DNA from: a bacterium
GTDB taxonomy: Bacteria > Patescibacteriota > Microgenomatia > UBA12405 > BS750m-G30
Assembly: GCA_021157735.1 (NCBI GenBank)
Contig: JAGGVZ010000046.1
Span: 1-39,120 of the forward strand
Direction: 5' to 3'
DNA length: 39,120 bases
In this document: one piece after another, positions 36,973 through 39,120 of the stretch
Layout of the letters: each line of letters starts with the position of its first letter
Position numbering within the stretch: the stretch's first letter is position 1
Made by a program: the position numbers and the translations under genes
Notes under the pieces: model-generated
The model's database searches: none
What the model saw: only the letters and a program-made list of their open reading frames with translations
What the model was told of the DNA's origin: nothing

Positions 36973-37743
36973 ATGAAGGAAAAAAACCTGTTGAAGTGGC
37001 TGTTTCTGGGAATTTTGGTAGTTGTGTTAGGAGGGGTAGTTTTTGTTTTAGGGAGGATTTCGGGGGAAAAGACCCAAAGCAGAAAAGCAGCTTCTTTAGT
37101 TATCCCCGGTTACCAACTCGCTGAAATTGAAGGTGCCCCGGCAGAATATGTTGTCGATTTAAAGAATCAGGGAGAAAAAAGGCAGTTGGTAAGAGTCTAT
37201 ACCGAAAACAAGGAAACAAAGACTTTGCCGGTAATTATTAAGGTTTTTTCTTTAGGAAAAGACGGCTTTAAGGAAGAATTCAAATTCGAAGCAAAATTTC
37301 CTGGAAAAGCCAAGCCTCCTTTTGATGTGGCTAATCAATTAGAGGAAGTAAAAGTAGAAAAGAACTTTTGGGGAGACGGAAGGACAGTGGTATTTTTCTC
37401 TCTTTTTTCAAACTATTACGGCTCAGGAGGAAAAAATTATTTAATTTTTCTTAGCTACAAGGAGGGAAGATATCAGGTGGTTCAGGGTCCAGTCCTCGAT
37501 GAGTTAGCTGACTACCGGTTTACAGGCAAAAACGGGAAAGGAGAAGAACTAGTAGTAGCAAAAGCGGTTTGGAACACTGAAGAGGAAGGTCATTTCTCTC
37601 CTCACCGATACACTCTTGAGCACTGGATTTGGAATGAAAATAGCTATGAAAAAGCAGGTTTAGAAAGGACAACTGAAAATAAATATGACCCCGCTTCTAA
37701 TGTCTTGGACCAAATCATCCAGAAAGAGCCCCACTTGCTTTAG
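36973..37743 (+). CDS. Hypothetical membrane-anchored extracellular protein
   Basis: ATG 36973, single N-terminal TM helix, beta-rich body (NYYGSGG, EGHFSPHRY). Confidence 0.75.
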   Translation: MKEKNLLKWLFLGILVVVLGGVVFVLGRISGEKTQSRKAASLVIPGYQLAEIEGAPAEYVVDLKNQGEKRQLVRVYTENKETKTLPVIIKVFSLGKDGFKEEFKFEAKFPGKAKPPFDVANQLEEVKVEKNFWGDGRTVVFFSLFSNYYGSGGKNYLIFLSYKEGRYQVVQGPVLDELADYRFTGKNGKGEELVVAKAVWNTEEEGHFSPHRYTLEHWIWNENSYEKAGLERTTENKYDPASNVLDQIIQKEPHLL

Positions 37744-37827
37744 TCAATTTTTTATTTTGGAAATTTAGCGAGCTAATTATCAAAAAAATTCAAACAAAAA
37801 AGGATTGTGAGATTTTTTGCTTTTGGT

Positions 37828-38655
37828 TTACTGATTGTGAAATAGTAAATTTTGGGAAACTTTTTCTCCTTTTAGGTTAGTGAAATGAAAATTTGGGTAG
37901 AGACTTCTGTAAATTTCGCTCATTCTGCGAAACTCTTTTTTGGGGAAATAGCACCATGGAAGACTTTGTTTTTTTATTCTTAATTTTTTTGATTCATAGG
38001 ATGGTGGAAATCCTGGGAGGTTGGTTATGTCTTGGACTTCTCCCTCTATTAGCCCTTTTTCTATAAGTTCTTTCCACCAAACACCATCTTGCTCTTTTTC
38101 AGAAATTGCGCTTTTTGGAGGTTGGACGGTGTAGACCTTACAGGGAATTTTTTTTAGTCCAAGCATTTTCATGGCCCCTGTTCGGTGCGTGCCATCTCTG
38201 ACGAAATAAACAGGCCCTTGTGGTCCTTGCATTTTTATCACCTCGATAGAAGAAGATCCCATACTCGAAGAATAGAGATTTATTCCAAAAATTCTTGCTA
38301 TTACTTCAGCCTGCTGTTCTAAATTATCTGTTTTAAATGCTTCAATAAGCGCTTGAGATATTTTTTGATGTTTTCCTTTTCTTCCATGATACTCATCTTT
38401 CCAGTTTTTTACAGCAGGAGAAACACTTCCTACAATTAATTTTACTGGCACCCATTCTTCTGTTGATTCTGTTATTTTCCCATAGTCTGGAAGGTGGCAA
38501 AATGGGATTTTCTCTAGTTCCTCTTCCTTTTCCTGCAGCTTTTCAGCTATATCTTTGTTTTCTAATTTAGTCCAAGGTTCTAATTCCTTCCGAAACTCTC
38601 CCAGAGCCTCCTGCATTATTCGTGAAAGAGAACTTTCATATTCTTGTTCGTCCAT
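37828..38655 (-). CDS. Hypothetical protein with a ParB/Srx-like DGxHR motif
   Basis: Long open frame; IEVIKM...YFVRDGTHRTGAMKMLG..KIPCKV resembles the ParB/sulfiredoxin core. ATG 38655 has GGAG upstream (alternative start 38673). Confidence 0.6.
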   Translation of the reverse strand: MDEQEYESSLSRIMQEALGEFRKELEPWTKLENKDIAEKLQEKEEELEKIPFCHLPDYGKITESTEEWVPVKLIVGSVSPAVKNWKDEYHGRKGKHQKISQALIEAFKTDNLEQQAEVIARIFGINLYSSSMGSSSIEVIKMQGPQGPVYFVRDGTHRTGAMKMLGLKKIPCKVYTVQPPKSAISEKEQDGVWWKELIEKGLIEGEVQDITNLPGFPPSYESKKLRIKKQSLPWCYFPKKEFRRMSEIYRSLYPNFHFTNLKGEKVSQNLLFHNQ

Positions 38656-38701
38656 CTTTCTCCATTTTACCATTCCCAAAAATTCAACGCTTTCTGTATT
38701 T

Positions 38702-39118
38702 TTATTTTTCAGCAAGTCTCATTAATTCCCGGTAGCGGCAGTATTCGCAATTTTCCCCGGGAGGAGGAATTTCTTCAGAATCAAGACATTTTTTAATTTC
38801 AAAAAGAGTTGGTTCTACCCAGGAATCATCGCCTTCGTAAGCGATAATTTTCACTTCAAATTCTAGACGGGCGTCAAACTTGGGCCGATTTTTGGCGGCA
38901 TTGGCAAAAATAAAATAGCCGGTATTAGAAACTTTAAAACCATTCTTCCTGAAAAGCCACTGATAAACTTCCATCTGCTTTTTATACCCCTGCTTATACT
39001 CATCTTCCAAAGAAATATCTTTCTCCGTGCTTGTTGCCTTATAATCTACAATCAAAAGCTCGCCATTTTTATTTATCCAAAGATCATCCACGGCGCCAAA
39101 AATTAAAAGATTAGTCGG
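38702..39118 (-). CDS. PD-(D/E)XK nuclease family protein (RecB/Cas4-like), 5'-truncated by the window edge
   Basis: GAVDDLW...IVDYKAT, QMEVYQWL (QxxxY), C-terminal CEYC. Confidence 0.85.
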   Translation of the reverse strand, partial: PTNLLIFGAVDDLWINKNGELLIVDYKATSTEKDISLEDEYKQGYKKQMEVYQWLFRKNGFKVSNTGYFIFANAAKNRPKFDARLEFEVKIIAYEGDDSWVEPTLFEIKKCLDSEEIPPPGENCEYCRYRELMRLAEK

Positions 39119-39120
39119 GG

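Noticed and set aside
38702-39120. CRISPR-Cas locus suggested by a Cas4-like nuclease
   Set aside because: No repeat-spacer array or other cas genes are seen in the window.

Overview
Gene-dense, AT-rich bacterial chromosomal segment using genetic code 11. The gene content resembles Patescibacteria/CPR, probably Microgenomates-like (inference from the secG-ABC substrate-binding protein-holin-transglutaminase block, a DRG-type GTPase, a shortened enolase, tRNAs without encoded CCA and near-leaderless promoters). It carries 14 tRNA genes and housekeeping genes (tgt, mtaB-like, secG, lexA, rsmI, eno, ppsA, holA, ruvC, rplS, dnaE, gatCAB, rsmA, clpB). The main accessory feature is a more AT-rich cassette at about 30.1-34.3 kb. 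It encodes an HD phosphohydrolase, a SAM-dependent transferase-like protein, a dTMP-kinase-like protein, a GT4 glycosyltransferase and a broken CYTH gene, and it is bracketed by diverged, reciprocally decayed CYTH/HD copies. It lies next to an MccF-like S66 peptidase and rsmA, so it is a candidate uncharacterised nucleotide-modification system. Other points of note are a 137-bp structured tRNA-Lys-derived repeat and a protein gene wedged flush inside a tRNA array. Several single-base frameshifts (dnaE, rsmA, CYTH) may be sequencing errors. All product calls come from motif recognition by eye, not from database searches.
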